Positions 1 through 10,492 are shown, numbered from the stretch's first letter. The stretch: DNA of 64,000 nt from Candidatus Woesebacteria bacterium RIFCSPHIGHO2_02_FULL_42_20 (GCA_001792535.1 MGGS01000001.1:49695-113694); one strand, 5' to 3'. Numbers and translations: made by a program. Notes: generated by a model not told the origin, from the letters alone.

Positions 1-1203
1 CGAGTCGGAGTGAATGAAAGCTCGGGTGATAAAAGCATCAGTATAGCAGGAGTGTCTTCGAGTGAATCCAGAGGAGTTCGTAAAGGACAAATTGTGGATA
101 TTGAAGAAGCTGTAGAAACTGTGGTGGCCTCCGTCGAATCTGCTGAGCGAATGGCAGGCTATAATTTGAGTTCTGCATATATTTCCGTCGGGGGTGCCCA
201 CATTGCTAGTATGAATAGCCATGGTGTGGTGGCTATTTCCAGTCCAGACTCTGAAATTAATAATGCCGACATCGATCGTGTAATCGATGCTGCTAAGGCC
301 GTATCGATTCCGACGTCTCGCGAAGTTATTCATGTGATTCCTAGGGAATACACAGTTGACGGCGAAGGGGGTGTGAAGGACCCTGTGGGAATGACGGGAG
401 TTCGGCTTGAGGTAGAAACCCATCTTGTTAGTGCTTCTTCGCCTGCTATTAGAAATTTAGTCAAGACGGTGAACGAAGTCGGTGTGGAAGTGGAGGAGTT
501 GGTGTTTTCAGGTCTTGCTGCCTCTGAAGCAGTTTTGACTAATACCGAAAAAGAGCTTGGCTGCGTGCTGGTAGATATTGGCGGCGGGACCACCTCGGTA
601 GCAGTTTTTATCGAAGGGGCACTGTCGTACTCTACAGAGATTCCGATTGGGGCGAAAAATGTAACCAACGATTTGGCGATTGGACTGCGGGTTTCTCTGG
701 AAACTGCTGAAAAAATTAAACTGGCCCTTTCCCAAAAATTAAAGTCTTTAAAATCCAAAGAAGAAGAAGATTACATTGACATAGCCACGTTCGGTGCAGA
801 TGAGTCCAAAAAAGTGTCAAAAAAAACCCTAATCGAAGGGATAATAAGACCAAGATTGAATGAAATTTTTACTATGGTTAAATTAGACCTTGCAAAGGCG
901 GAAATGGTTACTAAAATTCCCTCCGGTGTGGTAATCACCGGCGGGGGTGCCTTGACTATAGGGGTAGTCGACAGCGCTAAAAGGATGATGTCTTTGCCGG
1001 CACGGATTGGCGAGCCGAAAGGAGTAGGTGGCCTTATCGACGATATAATGAACCCAGCGTATTCGACTTCGATAGGGTTGGTTTTGTGGGGATCAAAAAA
1101 TATTGAGTCGGGTGGAATAAGTTCTCTCACCAAAAAGCTAAGATTTCCAACAAAAGGGGTGTTTAAGAAATTCATCGAAACTGTTCGCAACCTTCTGCCT
1201 TGA
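1..1203 (+). CDS. ftsA: Cell division protein FtsA (5' end probably outside the window)
   Basis: Frame open from base 1; motifs GVRKGQIVDIE, VDIGGGTT, VVITGGG; directly upstream of ftsZ. Confidence 0.96.
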   Translation, partial: RVGVNESSGDKSISIAGVSSSESRGVRKGQIVDIEEAVETVVASVESAERMAGYNLSSAYISVGGAHIASMNSHGVVAISSPDSEINNADIDRVIDAAKAVSIPTSREVIHVIPREYTVDGEGGVKDPVGMTGVRLEVETHLVSASSPAIRNLVKTVNEVGVEVEELVFSGLAASEAVLTNTEKELGCVLVDIGGGTTSVAVFIEGALSYSTEIPIGAKNVTNDLAIGLRVSLETAEKIKLALSQKLKSLKSKEEEDYIDIATFGADESKKVSKKTLIEGIIRPRLNEIFTMVKLDLAKAEMVTKIPSGVVITGGGALTIGVVDSAKRMMSLPARIGEPKGVGGLIDDIMNPAYSTSIGLVLWGSKNIESGGISSLTKKLRFPTKGVFKKFIETVRNLLP

Positions 1204-1271
1204 ATACAAGAATTTAAACGCTTGTAATTGATTTGTTTCCACGATACAATCACGCCAAAAGGAAGACGTAG

Positions 1272-2441
1272 ATGGCTTTAGTAAAACCGGATTCTGCAAG
1301 GATAGCCAAAATCAGAGTGATAGGTGTGGGTGGCGGCGGCGGAAACGCAATCTCTTCAATGATCGAGACAAGCCAGATCTCTGGAGTAGAATTTATCGCG
1401 GTAAATACGGATGCACAGGTACTCCTTGCAAATAAAGCTTCAACTAAGATTCAAATTGGCGAAAAAATTACAAAAGGCTTAGGTGTCGGTGGCAATCCTG
1501 ATATCGGATCCCAAGCCGCTGAAGAATCGGTTGAAAAAATAAAGGAATTACTGATTGATTCTGATATGGTGTTTATCACTGCCGGAATGGGCGGAGGTAC
1601 CGGGACCGGCGCTTCGCCTACTATAGCAAAATTAGCCAAGGAATCGGGTGCGTTGACCGTAGCGATTGTCACAAAGCCGTTTAGTTTTGAAGGAACGCGC
1701 AGAATGGTATTGGCGGAGGAGGGGATAGAGAAGCTTAAAGAATATGTAGACACCTTGATTGTCATTCCTAACCAGCGATTGATGGATGTGATTGACCGCA
1801 AAATGACTCTTATTGAGGCTTTTAAAGTTGTTGACTCCGTCCTTGGCCAGGCAGTTTCGGGGATAGCCGACATAATTACGACCCCGGGGTTAATTAACGT
1901 AGACTTTGCAGACGTAAAGTCTGTTATGAAAGATTCAGGGACGGCACTTTTAGGTATCGGTCACGGCGTAGGCGAAAATAGAGCACAAATGGCCGCGCGT
2001 GCAGCAGTCTCGTCGCCATTACTGGACTTGTCGATTGAGGGGGCTAAAGGAGTGCTGTTTAATATTGCCGGTGGGCCGGACTTGACAATGTTTGAGGTTG
2101 ACGAGGCGGCAAAAGTAATATCAAGTTCGGCTGATCCGGACGCAAATATTATTTTTGGCGCTGTTATTCGCGATGACATGTCGGATCAGATAAGAATTAC
2201 TGTAATTGGTACGGGTTTTTCAGAAACTCAGGCAAGGATCGCTGAGATAACTAAGCCGGCCGTGGGTTTTAAGGTGCAAGGCGTAGTAAGCGAGGGCCCG
2301 GATGAAAAAAAAGACAAAGAGGAAGAGGACACGCAAGACGAGGAGAAAATTCAAGTATCGGACAAAGACGGGGACGGCGGGGAAAAAGACGAGTTCGGCA
2401 AAGATCTTGACATACCGGCATTTCTACGCAGGGTCCACTAG
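1272..2441 (+). CDS. ftsZ: Cell division protein FtsZ
   Basis: GGGTGTG tubulin signature, NVDFAD, acidic linker, C-terminal DIPAFLR. Confidence 0.99.
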   Translation: MALVKPDSARIAKIRVIGVGGGGGNAISSMIETSQISGVEFIAVNTDAQVLLANKASTKIQIGEKITKGLGVGGNPDIGSQAAEESVEKIKELLIDSDMVFITAGMGGGTGTGASPTIAKLAKESGALTVAIVTKPFSFEGTRRMVLAEEGIEKLKEYVDTLIVIPNQRLMDVIDRKMTLIEAFKVVDSVLGQAVSGIADIITTPGLINVDFADVKSVMKDSGTALLGIGHGVGENRAQMAARAAVSSPLLDLSIEGAKGVLFNIAGGPDLTMFEVDEAAKVISSSADPDANIIFGAVIRDDMSDQIRITVIGTGFSETQARIAEITKPAVGFKVQGVVSEGPDEKKDKEEEDTQDEEKIQVSDKDGDGGEKDEFGKDLDIPAFLRRVH

Positions 2442-2443
2442 TT

Positions 2444-2725
2444 TTAGTTTACTTCGGGAGCAAGGCTCGGTGAGGGTGTAATTGTTGGGTTTGGCGTGGC
2501 TGTAGCTGGAGATGCACCTTGAGTTTCCGTAGTCAGGCTGACATTTACCAAATGGTTGCCAGGTGTCTGAACCGAAGTAGGTTTGATACTTGCGGCCTCG
2601 TTGATTTCAATCATTGACGGTGTTTCTTGTGGTAGGTTGTTAAGGTCGCTATTACCATTGATTTTTAGCGGTGCTTGATTTATCGCAATAATAAAGAGAG
2701 TTACCAAAATGATGTATTTCATCAT
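2444..2725 (-). CDS. Small hypothetical exported protein with Pro/Thr/Ser-rich tail
   Basis: 93 aa ORF filling the ftsZ-ileS gap; hydrophobic N-terminus; PATATPNPTITPSPS tail. Confidence 0.6.
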   Translation of the reverse strand: MMKYIILVTLFIIAINQAPLKINGNSDLNNLPQETPSMIEINEAASIKPTSVQTPGNHLVNVSLTTETQGASPATATPNPTITPSPSLAPEVN

Positions 2726-2787
2726 AGCATGCGGATAATAGCGCGGTCTACCGAAAAATTCAAGACTGGTGTAAAATAGGCTTTGAT

Positions 2788-5613
2788 ATGGCTAAAAATA
2801 CTAAGCCTTTTTTTGACAGCGTTACCCCTAAAGTTGATTTCCCTGCTTTGGAAGAAAAAATACTCAAGTTTTGGAAAGAAAACAAGATATTTGAAAAGTC
2901 AGTTGAGAACCGACCGGAAAATAAAACTTGGACTTTTTTAGACGGTCCACCTTTTATAACCGGCCTTCCCCATTATGGTACCCTGCTTTCAAGTATACCT
3001 AAGGACTTGTTTCCGAGGTATTGGACAATGAAGGGGTTCAGGGTTCGTCGTGTTTGGGGCTGGGATTGTCATGGTCTACCAGCTGAAAATAAAGTTGAGA
3101 ATAAATTCGGTATAAAGCGTAAAAGGGATATCGAAGAAAAGTTTGGGGTAAAGAGGTTTATTGATGAGTGTAAACTTTATGTCAAAAACGTATCAAGCGA
3201 ATGGGAGTGGTATGTTGACCACATAGCTCGCTGGGTTGATTTTCAAAACTCTTATAAAACAATGGACCTAGATTATATGGAGTCTGTCATGTGGGTATTC
3301 AGTAAAATTTATAAAAAGGGCTATATCTATAAGGGCTTGCGAGTTTCACTTTATTGCCCACATTGCAGTACACCGATTTCCAACTTCGAAGTTGCTATGG
3401 ATGCCGATAATTATAAAGAAATAACCGAACCTGCAGATACTTATAAATATAAGTTGGCGGGTGAAAAAGCTACCTATCTGCTTGCTTGGTCGACTACTCC
3501 TTGGAATAAGCTTGCCACTCCGGCTCTCGCCGTCAATCCCAAACTAACCTACGTAAAGGTCAGGCAGGGCAAGGAATTTTATATTCTTGCAAAGTCGACG
3601 CTTTCGGCATTACGCAAAGAGCCATATAAGATTGTGTCCACTTTTAAAGGACGTGAGATTACAGGGAAGCGTTTTGAGCCGCATTATAATTTTTACAAAA
3701 TTGCCAAGGGTAAGAGAGCTTTTATTGTGATTCCCGGAGACTTTGTAACTGCAGAGGAGGGAACCGGAATTGTCACAATCGCCGCTTACGGGGAAGACGA
3801 CTTAGTTGCCATGAAGGCTAATAATATTCAAATTGTGCTCCACGTTGACGAGGAAGGGAAACTGGCAAAGGATGTTCCCCTGTGGGGAGGGATATTTTAC
3901 CTGGATGTAAACGAAAAAGTGAATGCCGATTTAAAACAAAGAGGGTTGCTCTATAACGAGGAGCCTTATACACACACCGTTCCGACGTGTTGGAGGTGTC
4001 ATACAAGGCTTTTGTATGCCCCTCAAGATGCATGGTATATGGATATTGCTAAACTTAAGCCTCAAATGAAGAAGGGGAACAGTTATGTAAATTGGTACCC
4101 GAAACATTTTAAAACTGGCAGATTTCTTAAAAGTCTGGAAGCCGCCCCCGACTGGTGTGTTTCAAGAAGCCGGTACTGGGGTTCGCCGGTGCCAGTTTGG
4201 GAGTGCGTGTGTGGGGAACGGTTTGTGCCGGCAAGCATTAGTGAACTTGAGAAAAGTAGCGGACAGTTGCTAAAGGGTCTGCACAAGCCGGAGATAGATG
4301 CTGTAACAGTCAGATGCCTTAAATGTGGTGAGCAAGCACGCCGTGTAGCTGAAGTTTTGGATAGTTGGATTGAGGCAGGATCAGCTTCACTGGCCGAAAG
4401 GCACTTCCCGTTTGACAAATCCCTGACATTGGAAGATTTTTTCCCGCCGGATTTTATTGTCGAGTACACCGGCCAGATCAGAGCCTGGTTCTATGTATTG
4501 CATGTAATTGCAACAGCCCTTTCGCTTTGCAAGAGAGAAGAAGCTAATATTTTAGCCAAAAATGTGTCCGTAACCGGTGTAATTTTGGGGACTGACGGGC
4601 GCAAGATGAGTAAAAATTACGGTAACTATCCGGATCCAAAGCAGTTGATTGAAAAGTATGGCGGCGATGCTTTGAGATTGTACTTATTGGGAAGCCCGGT
4701 TATGAACGGAGAAGATATAAGAATTTCGGAAAGTGACTATAGAAATCAAATAAAAGTGTTTTTACTGCCGCTGTGGAATGTCTACAATTTTTTCGTCACC
4801 TATGCCAATCTGAAAGGCTGGAAACCGTCGAAGAAAAAGTTTACCCCTACTCAGATAATGGATAAATGGATTTTGTCCAAAACACAAAAGGTTATTAGTG
4901 AACTTAAAAATGAAGGTTATGAGAAATTTAATACCCCAAAAATTGTGGATCTTGCTAAGAACTTTATGGTTAACGACCTTTCGACTTGGTATGTGAGAAG
5001 AACTAGGGGTAGAGCCCGAGCCGGAGAGGACGCAGTATTTGAAACTCTTTGGACAGTCTTGGTGGACTATTCCAAGGCTTTAGCACCTTTGGTGCCTTTT
5101 GTCACGGAGGATATCTATAAAAATCTTACAAAGGAAGAATCGGTCCACTTGAGCAGTTGGCCGGCAATCGACTCAAAGCTAATTAACAAAAAACTGGAAG
5201 AAGAGATGGACAGCAAAGTGCTTAAGGTTGTGGAGTTCGCGCATGCAGAGCGAAAGGATAAACACATACCTGTTCGCCAGGCTTTGGCAAAGTTTTTCAC
5301 AAAAGTAAAAAAACCGACAATAGCCGGTCTGGATACAATTGTAAACGAAGAGATTAATGTTCTGGAAACAGTTTGGGGAAGCAAAAAGGATGAATTGGAA
5401 ACCAAACTCACTCCACAGTTAATTGCCATGGGCAGCTCAAGAAATATTATCAGGCAAATTCAAGCGGAACGGAAGAAAATGAAGACCCGGCTTGATGAGC
5501 AGGTCAACGTGTCGCTTCCCGATTGGCCCCGAGATTATGAAGACGAAATCAAGGCAAAAGCTCTGGTAAAGAATTTACGACAAGGCGAATTTAGAGTAGC
5601 AAAGATTACATGA
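2788..5613 (+). CDS. ileS: Isoleucine--tRNA ligase (IleRS2, eukaryote/archaea-like type)
   Basis: DGPPF..GLPHYG, GWDCHGLP, WSTTPW editing motif, SRSRYWG, KMSKN. Confidence 0.96.
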   Translation: MAKNTKPFFDSVTPKVDFPALEEKILKFWKENKIFEKSVENRPENKTWTFLDGPPFITGLPHYGTLLSSIPKDLFPRYWTMKGFRVRRVWGWDCHGLPAENKVENKFGIKRKRDIEEKFGVKRFIDECKLYVKNVSSEWEWYVDHIARWVDFQNSYKTMDLDYMESVMWVFSKIYKKGYIYKGLRVSLYCPHCSTPISNFEVAMDADNYKEITEPADTYKYKLAGEKATYLLAWSTTPWNKLATPALAVNPKLTYVKVRQGKEFYILAKSTLSALRKEPYKIVSTFKGREITGKRFEPHYNFYKIAKGKRAFIVIPGDFVTAEEGTGIVTIAAYGEDDLVAMKANNIQIVLHVDEEGKLAKDVPLWGGIFYLDVNEKVNADLKQRGLLYNEEPYTHTVPTCWRCHTRLLYAPQDAWYMDIAKLKPQMKKGNSYVNWYPKHFKTGRFLKSLEAAPDWCVSRSRYWGSPVPVWECVCGERFVPASISELEKSSGQLLKGLHKPEIDAVTVRCLKCGEQARRVAEVLDSWIEAGSASLAERHFPFDKSLTLEDFFPPDFIVEYTGQIRAWFYVLHVIATALSLCKREEANILAKNVSVTGVILGTDGRKMSKNYGNYPDPKQLIEKYGGDALRLYLLGSPVMNGEDIRISESDYRNQIKVFLLPLWNVYNFFVTYANLKGWKPSKKKFTPTQIMDKWILSKTQKVISELKNEGYEKFNTPKIVDLAKNFMVNDLSTWYVRRTRGRARAGEDAVFETLWTVLVDYSKALAPLVPFVTEDIYKNLTKEESVHLSSWPAIDSKLINKKLEEEMDSKVLKVVEFAHAERKDKHIPVRQALAKFFTKVKKPTIAGLDTIVNEEINVLETVWGSKKDELETKLTPQLIAMGSSRNIIRQIQAERKKMKTRLDEQVNVSLPDWPRDYEDEIKAKALVKNLRQGEFRVAKIT

Positions 5614-6650
5614 AGCGGAGAGGCGATGTTTTTTTAAGCACAGCCATTTTATTTGCAATAGTATTTAAATTTATAGTTCTGCGCTCGTTGGTTCCTTCTG
5701 TTTTTCCAACTTATTATTTTTATTTTGTAATCGGTATTGGTGTATTTATTATTGCACGAAAAATTGATTTTTCAGTTATCTCACTTTTTTATAAACCGAT
5801 CTATGTTGTTAGCATTTTACTCCTAATTGCGACAATTATCATAGGCCAGGTGACCAGAGGCGCCGTTCGGTGGATTCCCATCGGCTGGATTACTATTCAA
5901 CCGAGTGAAATTGTCAGGCCTCTTCTTGCGATCGTACTTGCCCATTATTTATTTATGAAGGAGTTGACGTTAGTAAGAGTAGTTAAAAGTTTTTTGCTTA
6001 TTGGTGTTCCCTTGCTGTTAATTCTTGTCCAACCTTCGCTCGGCGTCACGTTTTTGGCAGGGATTTCTTTTTTGGGGATTTACCTGGCAAGCAAAATAAA
6101 CAAAAAATATTTTTTGATCTTTGTGATTGCGCTTGGGGTAGCTGCCCCTGTTTTTTGGGGAATTTTGGCAAACTATCAGAAGCAGCGGATTACATCTTTT
6201 GTGTTCGCGGAAAGTGATCCATACGGTACGGGTTATAACAGTATTCAGTCATCGATTTCGGTGGGATCAGGAAAATTCACAGGCCGTGGGCTGGGTGAAG
6301 GAGTGCAGACTCAGCTGGAATTTCTGCCGGAAAAACACACAGATTTCATTTTTGCGTCAATTGCTGAAGAGCTGGGATTTATTGGTGGGGTTTTCGTAAT
6401 CGGGATTCTGACATGTATTTTTTGGCGGTTGATAAAGGCTGTAGAAAATGCTGAGTCGCCGGAAGCGAGAGCTTTTATAACGGGTATATTTTTGTCCCTC
6501 TTTATTCAGATGTTTGTTCATGTGGGTATGAATATGTCAATATTGCCAATTACAGGTGTACCGTTACCGCTTATTTCTGCCGGCGGAACGTCTTTTGTTT
6601 CGACAATGCTTTCTTTGGGGCTGGTTGTGGGTGCTCAAAAAAAGACCTAG
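5610..6650 (+). CDS. SEDS family peptidoglycan polymerase RodA/FtsW
   Basis: GAVRWI, IQPSE, LPEKHTDFIF, TGVPLPLISAGG; multiple TM segments. Confidence 0.93.
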   Translation: MKRRGDVFLSTAILFAIVFKFIVLRSLVPSVFPTYYFYFVIGIGVFIIARKIDFSVISLFYKPIYVVSILLLIATIIIGQVTRGAVRWIPIGWITIQPSEIVRPLLAIVLAHYLFMKELTLVRVVKSFLLIGVPLLLILVQPSLGVTFLAGISFLGIYLASKINKKYFLIFVIALGVAAPVFWGILANYQKQRITSFVFAESDPYGTGYNSIQSSISVGSGKFTGRGLGEGVQTQLEFLPEKHTDFIFASIAEELGFIGGVFVIGILTCIFWRLIKAVENAESPEARAFITGIFLSLFIQMFVHVGMNMSILPITGVPLPLISAGGTSFVSTMLSLGLVVGAQKKT

Positions 6651-6672
6651 ATAGTCTGATATATAATACGAC

Positions 6673-7629
6673 ATGTCATTTCAGCAGGAAGCATCGCCGT
6701 TTAGACGAACTCCGCTTTATTTTCATTCCCAAGATTATATGGAAGTAAAGGAAATGGTTGGCCAAGAAAGGTGGAACTTTCTTACAGCAGATTTATTGAA
6801 AGTATACTTTCTTGATCCTTCACTTGAAACAATGCGGCTTATTTTTGGCAATATGTTGTGGGAGCTTTATAACAAACCTCAAGAAGCTCGGGATGCTGGC
6901 TATGATGAATTGGATATTTTGATTTCTATTATGGTTATTCAACAGCTAGCTACCGATTCTGGGATAATATTAGGTCAAGAAGTAGAAAGGATACGTGACC
7001 AAGGTGAGCCGCTTCCTTTCATTGATACGGCAAGTAAGTATTCGACCTGGCATGGTCTTATTTTGCAGGCCAAAGAATGGTCGGCTAAAGGAGAAGTAGC
7101 TGGTCTTGGTCATGGGGCAATGGATCCCCCGCATGTAGGACATGGAAGGCTGGCAGCGAGAATTTGGCCGTATTGCGACCACCTGGTTATAGGTTTTGAC
7201 CCAAACTGGTATGTTAAAGAGCGAAAAGGAGAAGATAGACCTAGATTTCCTCAGCTTGCATGGCGGATGTGGGAAATGGCATCGCTTCCAACTGTCGACA
7301 AAGTTGTTGTTCTTCCCTTGAGGCGTGGCCAAGATGAAGAAGAGGAATTTGCAGAAATCTATGGTGACCTTGGAGTAAAAGTCTTAGGGACTTCTAAAGA
7401 CAATAAATATTACCCGAAATATGTCGAGCGCATGAAGCAAATGGGAGGTCTGGTAGTTACGGAGGGCCCGCTTCGATGGTCATCTTCGAAATTAGTCGGA
7501 GATTTATCTGATGAGGAGATTGCTAGCCGCGCACTACTTGACGCGGACTCTATCAGAAAGCATGCCGAATCTGTTCATCAAAAGGCTGTTTCTTTGGGTT
7601 ATTTAAAAGATTATATCGAAGATGCTTAA
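6673..7629 (+). CDS. HxGH-type nucleotidyl/cytidylyltransferase-like protein with unknown N-terminal domain
   Basis: GAMDPPHVGH, KGEDRP, LPTVDKVV, SSSKL motifs typical of the CTP_transf_like fold. Confidence 0.7.
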   Translation: MSFQQEASPFRRTPLYFHSQDYMEVKEMVGQERWNFLTADLLKVYFLDPSLETMRLIFGNMLWELYNKPQEARDAGYDELDILISIMVIQQLATDSGIILGQEVERIRDQGEPLPFIDTASKYSTWHGLILQAKEWSAKGEVAGLGHGAMDPPHVGHGRLAARIWPYCDHLVIGFDPNWYVKERKGEDRPRFPQLAWRMWEMASLPTVDKVVVLPLRRGQDEEEEFAEIYGDLGVKVLGTSKDNKYYPKYVERMKQMGGLVVTEGPLRWSSSKLVGDLSDEEIASRALLDADSIRKHAESVHQKAVSLGYLKDYIEDA

Positions 7630-7674
7630 AATATACGGTTTTTATTTTCTTGATTTGGATATATAATAGCAAAC

Positions 7675-7977
7675 ATGAAATATGCGGTTGTGGAAATAAA
7701 GGGTACGCAGTACAAAGTCGAGGAGGGCAAGGAATACCTGGTTGCGCTGCACGGAGAAAAAGAAAAAGTTGATAACAGAATACTTTTATACAGAAGTGAT
7801 AAAAAACTTGAGGTTGGCATGCCTGAAGTAAAAGGCGTGAGTGTCAAACTCACTAATTTGGGCCCGATAAGCGGTGAAAAGCTCTATATAGCAAAATATC
7901 GTGCTAAGTCACGCTATAGAAAGCGAGTCGGTTTCCGTCCCAAATATACCAAAATTTTGGTTGAAAAACTAGCTTAA
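7675..7977 (+). CDS. rplU: 50S ribosomal protein L21
   Basis: MKYAVVEIKGTQYKV...KSRYRKRVGFRPKYT. Confidence 0.96.
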   Translation: MKYAVVEIKGTQYKVEEGKEYLVALHGEKEKVDNRILLYRSDKKLEVGMPEVKGVSVKLTNLGPISGEKLYIAKYRAKSRYRKRVGFRPKYTKILVEKLA

Positions 7978-8004
7978 TATATCGGATTATAACTTTCCGG
8001 TCAC

Positions 8005-8033
8005 TTGACATCCGTGAAAAAAGTTAATATAGT
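8005..8033 (+). promoter_or_regulatory. Sigma70-type promoter for rpmA-parB
   Basis: TTGACA-17nt-TATAGT, 9 nt before the rpmA ATG. Confidence 0.7.
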
Positions 8034-8042
8034 CAGGTAGTT

Positions 8043-8294
8043 ATGTCCAAAAAGAAGCAAGGCGGCAAGACAACTCAGCACGTGCGCCCCGAGGGCAAGA
8101 GGCTTGGAGTAAAAGTTTCCGAGGGGCAAAAGGTTTCTTCAGGGTTTACTTTGGTGCGCCAGAGAGGAACAAGATTTCACGCCGGTCAAAACGTAAAAGT
8201 AGGTCGTGACCACACTTTGTATTCCATGGTTTCCGGTGCAGTCAATTTTAGTCAAAAACTGGGCAAGAGGGTACTTTCGGTAGTCGCCAAATAA
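8043..8294 (+). CDS. rpmA: 50S ribosomal protein L27
   Basis: KRLGVK, LVRQRGT, GRDHTLYS. Confidence 0.97.
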   Translation: MSKKKQGGKTTQHVRPEGKRLGVKVSEGQKVSSGFTLVRQRGTRFHAGQNVKVGRDHTLYSMVSGAVNFSQKLGKRVLSVVAK

Positions 8295-8295
8295 T

Positions 8296-9135
8296 ATGGT
8301 GGAAGAAATAATTCAGATATCCGTAGAAGAGCTTCAAGCTAATCCGCTCCAGCCGCGTGGCTCAATCACACCTGAGAGCTTGGTTGACTTAGTTGATTCG
8401 ATTAAAGAGCACGGTGTACTTGAGCCTCTGGTCATTGCCAAAACCCCTGCAGGTTTTCAAATTATTGCTGGTGAACGCCGTTGGCGAGCTTCTAAACTTG
8501 CGGGCCTGACCCATATCCCTGCTGTCGTCCGCGAGACAACACCTAAGGGTATGCTTGAAATGGCGTTGGTCGAAAACGTCCAAAGAATAGACCTGAACGC
8601 GCTTGATCGGGCAGGCGGGTTTGAGCGGCTTATGAGCGAATTTAATTTGACCAGTACAGAAATAGCCGTGAGAATTGGCAAGTCCGTTGCTTACGTTTCA
8701 AACTCTCTTAGACTTCTTAACCTTCCCGATGCACTCAAGGACGGCTTGCTTTCAGGACTTGTTTCAGAAGGCCACGCAAGAGCCCTAAGTGCTATCGATG
8801 ATACAAACCTTATGGTCGAAGCATACAAAATAATCTTGCGTGAATCAGGCTCAGTCAGGCGGGCAGAGGACTTAGCTCGCAGAATGAAAACAAAATCGGG
8901 TCAAAGACCTAAGCCCGGTACCCGTAAAGATCAGGCGAGAGTGGTTTCAAGCGAAATAGACCAAATAGAAAAAGACTTGGAGAGAGCCTTTTCTGCCAGT
9001 GCCTCGGTGGGGATTAAAACAAATGTCAAGGTTACCCGCTCCCGAAGAGAAACTAAGGTAGCTTTTGTCTTTAAAGGTTCACTGGAGGAAACGGAAGCAA
9101 ATCTTCAGAAAATATATAAAGCGCTTACGGGCTGA
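8296..9135 (+). CDS. parB: ParB/Spo0J partition protein
   Basis: NPLQPR, IIAGERRWRA CTP-binding motif, ENVQR, HTH, GHARAL. Confidence 0.93.
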   Translation: MVEEIIQISVEELQANPLQPRGSITPESLVDLVDSIKEHGVLEPLVIAKTPAGFQIIAGERRWRASKLAGLTHIPAVVRETTPKGMLEMALVENVQRIDLNALDRAGGFERLMSEFNLTSTEIAVRIGKSVAYVSNSLRLLNLPDALKDGLLSGLVSEGHARALSAIDDTNLMVEAYKIILRESGSVRRAEDLARRMKTKSGQRPKPGTRKDQARVVSSEIDQIEKDLERAFSASASVGIKTNVKVTRSRRETKVAFVFKGSLEETEANLQKIYKALTG

Positions 9136-9698
9136 GTTTTTTGCCCGTATAGGCCTTCATAGTTAATCATGCCCGCTTTATTGATAGGCCAATATATTAA
9201 CCAGGCACGGCCGGTGATTTTGCCCCGTTCTATAAATCCCCAGGCCCGTGAGTCCGAGGAGTACGGTCTGTTGTCTCCAAGTACAAAATAAGATCCTTCG
9301 GGTACTTCTACTGTAACGCTTTCTGTCAGAAACCTCCCGGGGCCTGTATAGACTGTTTCCTCCAAATACGCTTCATTTAGCATTTGCCCGTTGAGGTAAA
9401 CCTTACCCTCTTTAACAAAAATTTTATCATTCGGAAGACCGATTATTCGTTTTATAAATTCTTCCCTGTCGTTTGGCGGGGCTTTGAAAACGACAACATC
9501 GCCGCGTTTGGGTTCGCCGAATCTGTAAGTTACCTTGTCGGTAAGTAAAAACTCGCCGTCCGCAAAGTTTGGAAACATCGAACTACCCTTTATTTTATGG
9601 GGTTGCAAAAGGAGGAGGTAGACAAAAAGGAAAATTGCAACAGCAAATACTACAACTTGCAGAATGTCTAAAAAAAACGCCCCAAACCTTCCCAGCAT
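9105..9698 (-). CDS. lepB: Signal peptidase I
   Basis: GSSMFP (catalytic Ser), FIKRIIG (Lys), GDNR..SSDSR; ATG at 9698 sits 6 nt after TATAAT. Confidence 0.95.
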   Translation of the reverse strand: MLGRFGAFFLDILQVVVFAVAIFLFVYLLLLQPHKIKGSSMFPNFADGEFLLTDKVTYRFGEPKRGDVVVFKAPPNDREEFIKRIIGLPNDKIFVKEGKVYLNGQMLNEAYLEETVYTGPGRFLTESVTVEVPEGSYFVLGDNRPYSSDSRAWGFIERGKITGRAWLIYWPINKAGMINYEGLYGQKTQPVSALYIF

Positions 9699-9765
9699 AT
9701 GTTGATTATATAAATCTTGTAGAGGTTGTAACAAGGTGCTTTTTTAAGGTAAAATCAGTAGGCTT

Positions 9766-9839
9766 GGCCGGTTGGCTCAGTTGGTTAGAGCGCTGCATTC
9801 ACATTGCAGAGGTCGGGGGTTCGAATCCCTCACCGGCCA
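9766..9839 (+). tRNA. tRNA-Val(CAC), CCA not encoded
   Basis: Acceptor GGCCGGT/ACCGGCC, anticodon arm CTGCA-TTCACAT-TGCAG, T loop TTCGAAT. Confidence 0.96.
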
Positions 9840-9841
9840 CA

Positions 9842-10492
9842 ATGGCTATTGTCTTTGTGTTGGCTTGGACTTTGTCTGTTTTGTTTTCTGTTTATACGGT
9901 TTTTTCGACCAGTACCTCTTTTAGTGTATTAATCGCAGATCGGGACCTGCTTATCAATTTTTTTCAGCGTATGGCTGGGCTTCTTGCTTTTAATTTTCTT
10001 TTTTTTCAGGTTTTAATTGGGTCCCGGATGAAGTACATGCGCAGCAATGTGGGTGAGTGGGTATTCAAATTCCATCACTTGGAGGGTACTCTTGCCTTTA
10101 TTTTAGTTATAGCTCATCCAACCTTGTTTGTGATATTTAATTATAGCCTTAGTCACAAACTTGATCCCTTTTACGTATTCACGGACTTTTGTGCTCTTTG
10201 CAGCAAACCCGTCGACTATTTTTACACTTTAGGTCGGATTTCTTTTTGGTTAATTGTATTTGCCGTCTTTGCCGCAAAATTCAGGTCAAACAGCTTAATC
10301 CGTAAGCACTGGAGAAAGGTTCATAGTCTAAATTATATTGCATTTTTTCTTGTGGCTATCCATGCTTATTTTGTGGGCCGCGACGTTCAAGTGAAGCCGT
10401 TTATTTACCTTTTTTATTTTTATGTTTCGGTTGCCGCAATTTTAGTTATTACTAAAATTTATTTTTTCTTTAGGGAGAAAAAATTAAGTTGA
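9842..10492 (+). CDS. Ferric reductase-like (cytochrome b) transmembrane domain protein
   Basis: Multiple TM helices; heme His pairs FHHLEG...IAH (H-x13-H) and VHSLNY...IH (H-x12-H). Start placed after the tRNA; the ORF-track start at 9569 runs through the tRNA. Confidence 0.8.
   Translation: MAIVFVLAWTLSVLFSVYTVFSTSTSFSVLIADRDLLINFFQRMAGLLAFNFLFFQVLIGSRMKYMRSNVGEWVFKFHHLEGTLAFILVIAHPTLFVIFNYSLSHKLDPFYVFTDFCALCSKPVDYFYTLGRISFWLIVFAVFAAKFRSNSLIRKHWRKVHSLNYIAFFLVAIHAYFVGRDVQVKPFIYLFYFYVSVAAILVITKIYFFFREKKLS

Noticed and set aside
9569-9841. N-terminal extension of the 307-aa ORF
   Set aside because: Runs through the lepB start and a complete tRNA-Val; ATG 9842 is more plausible
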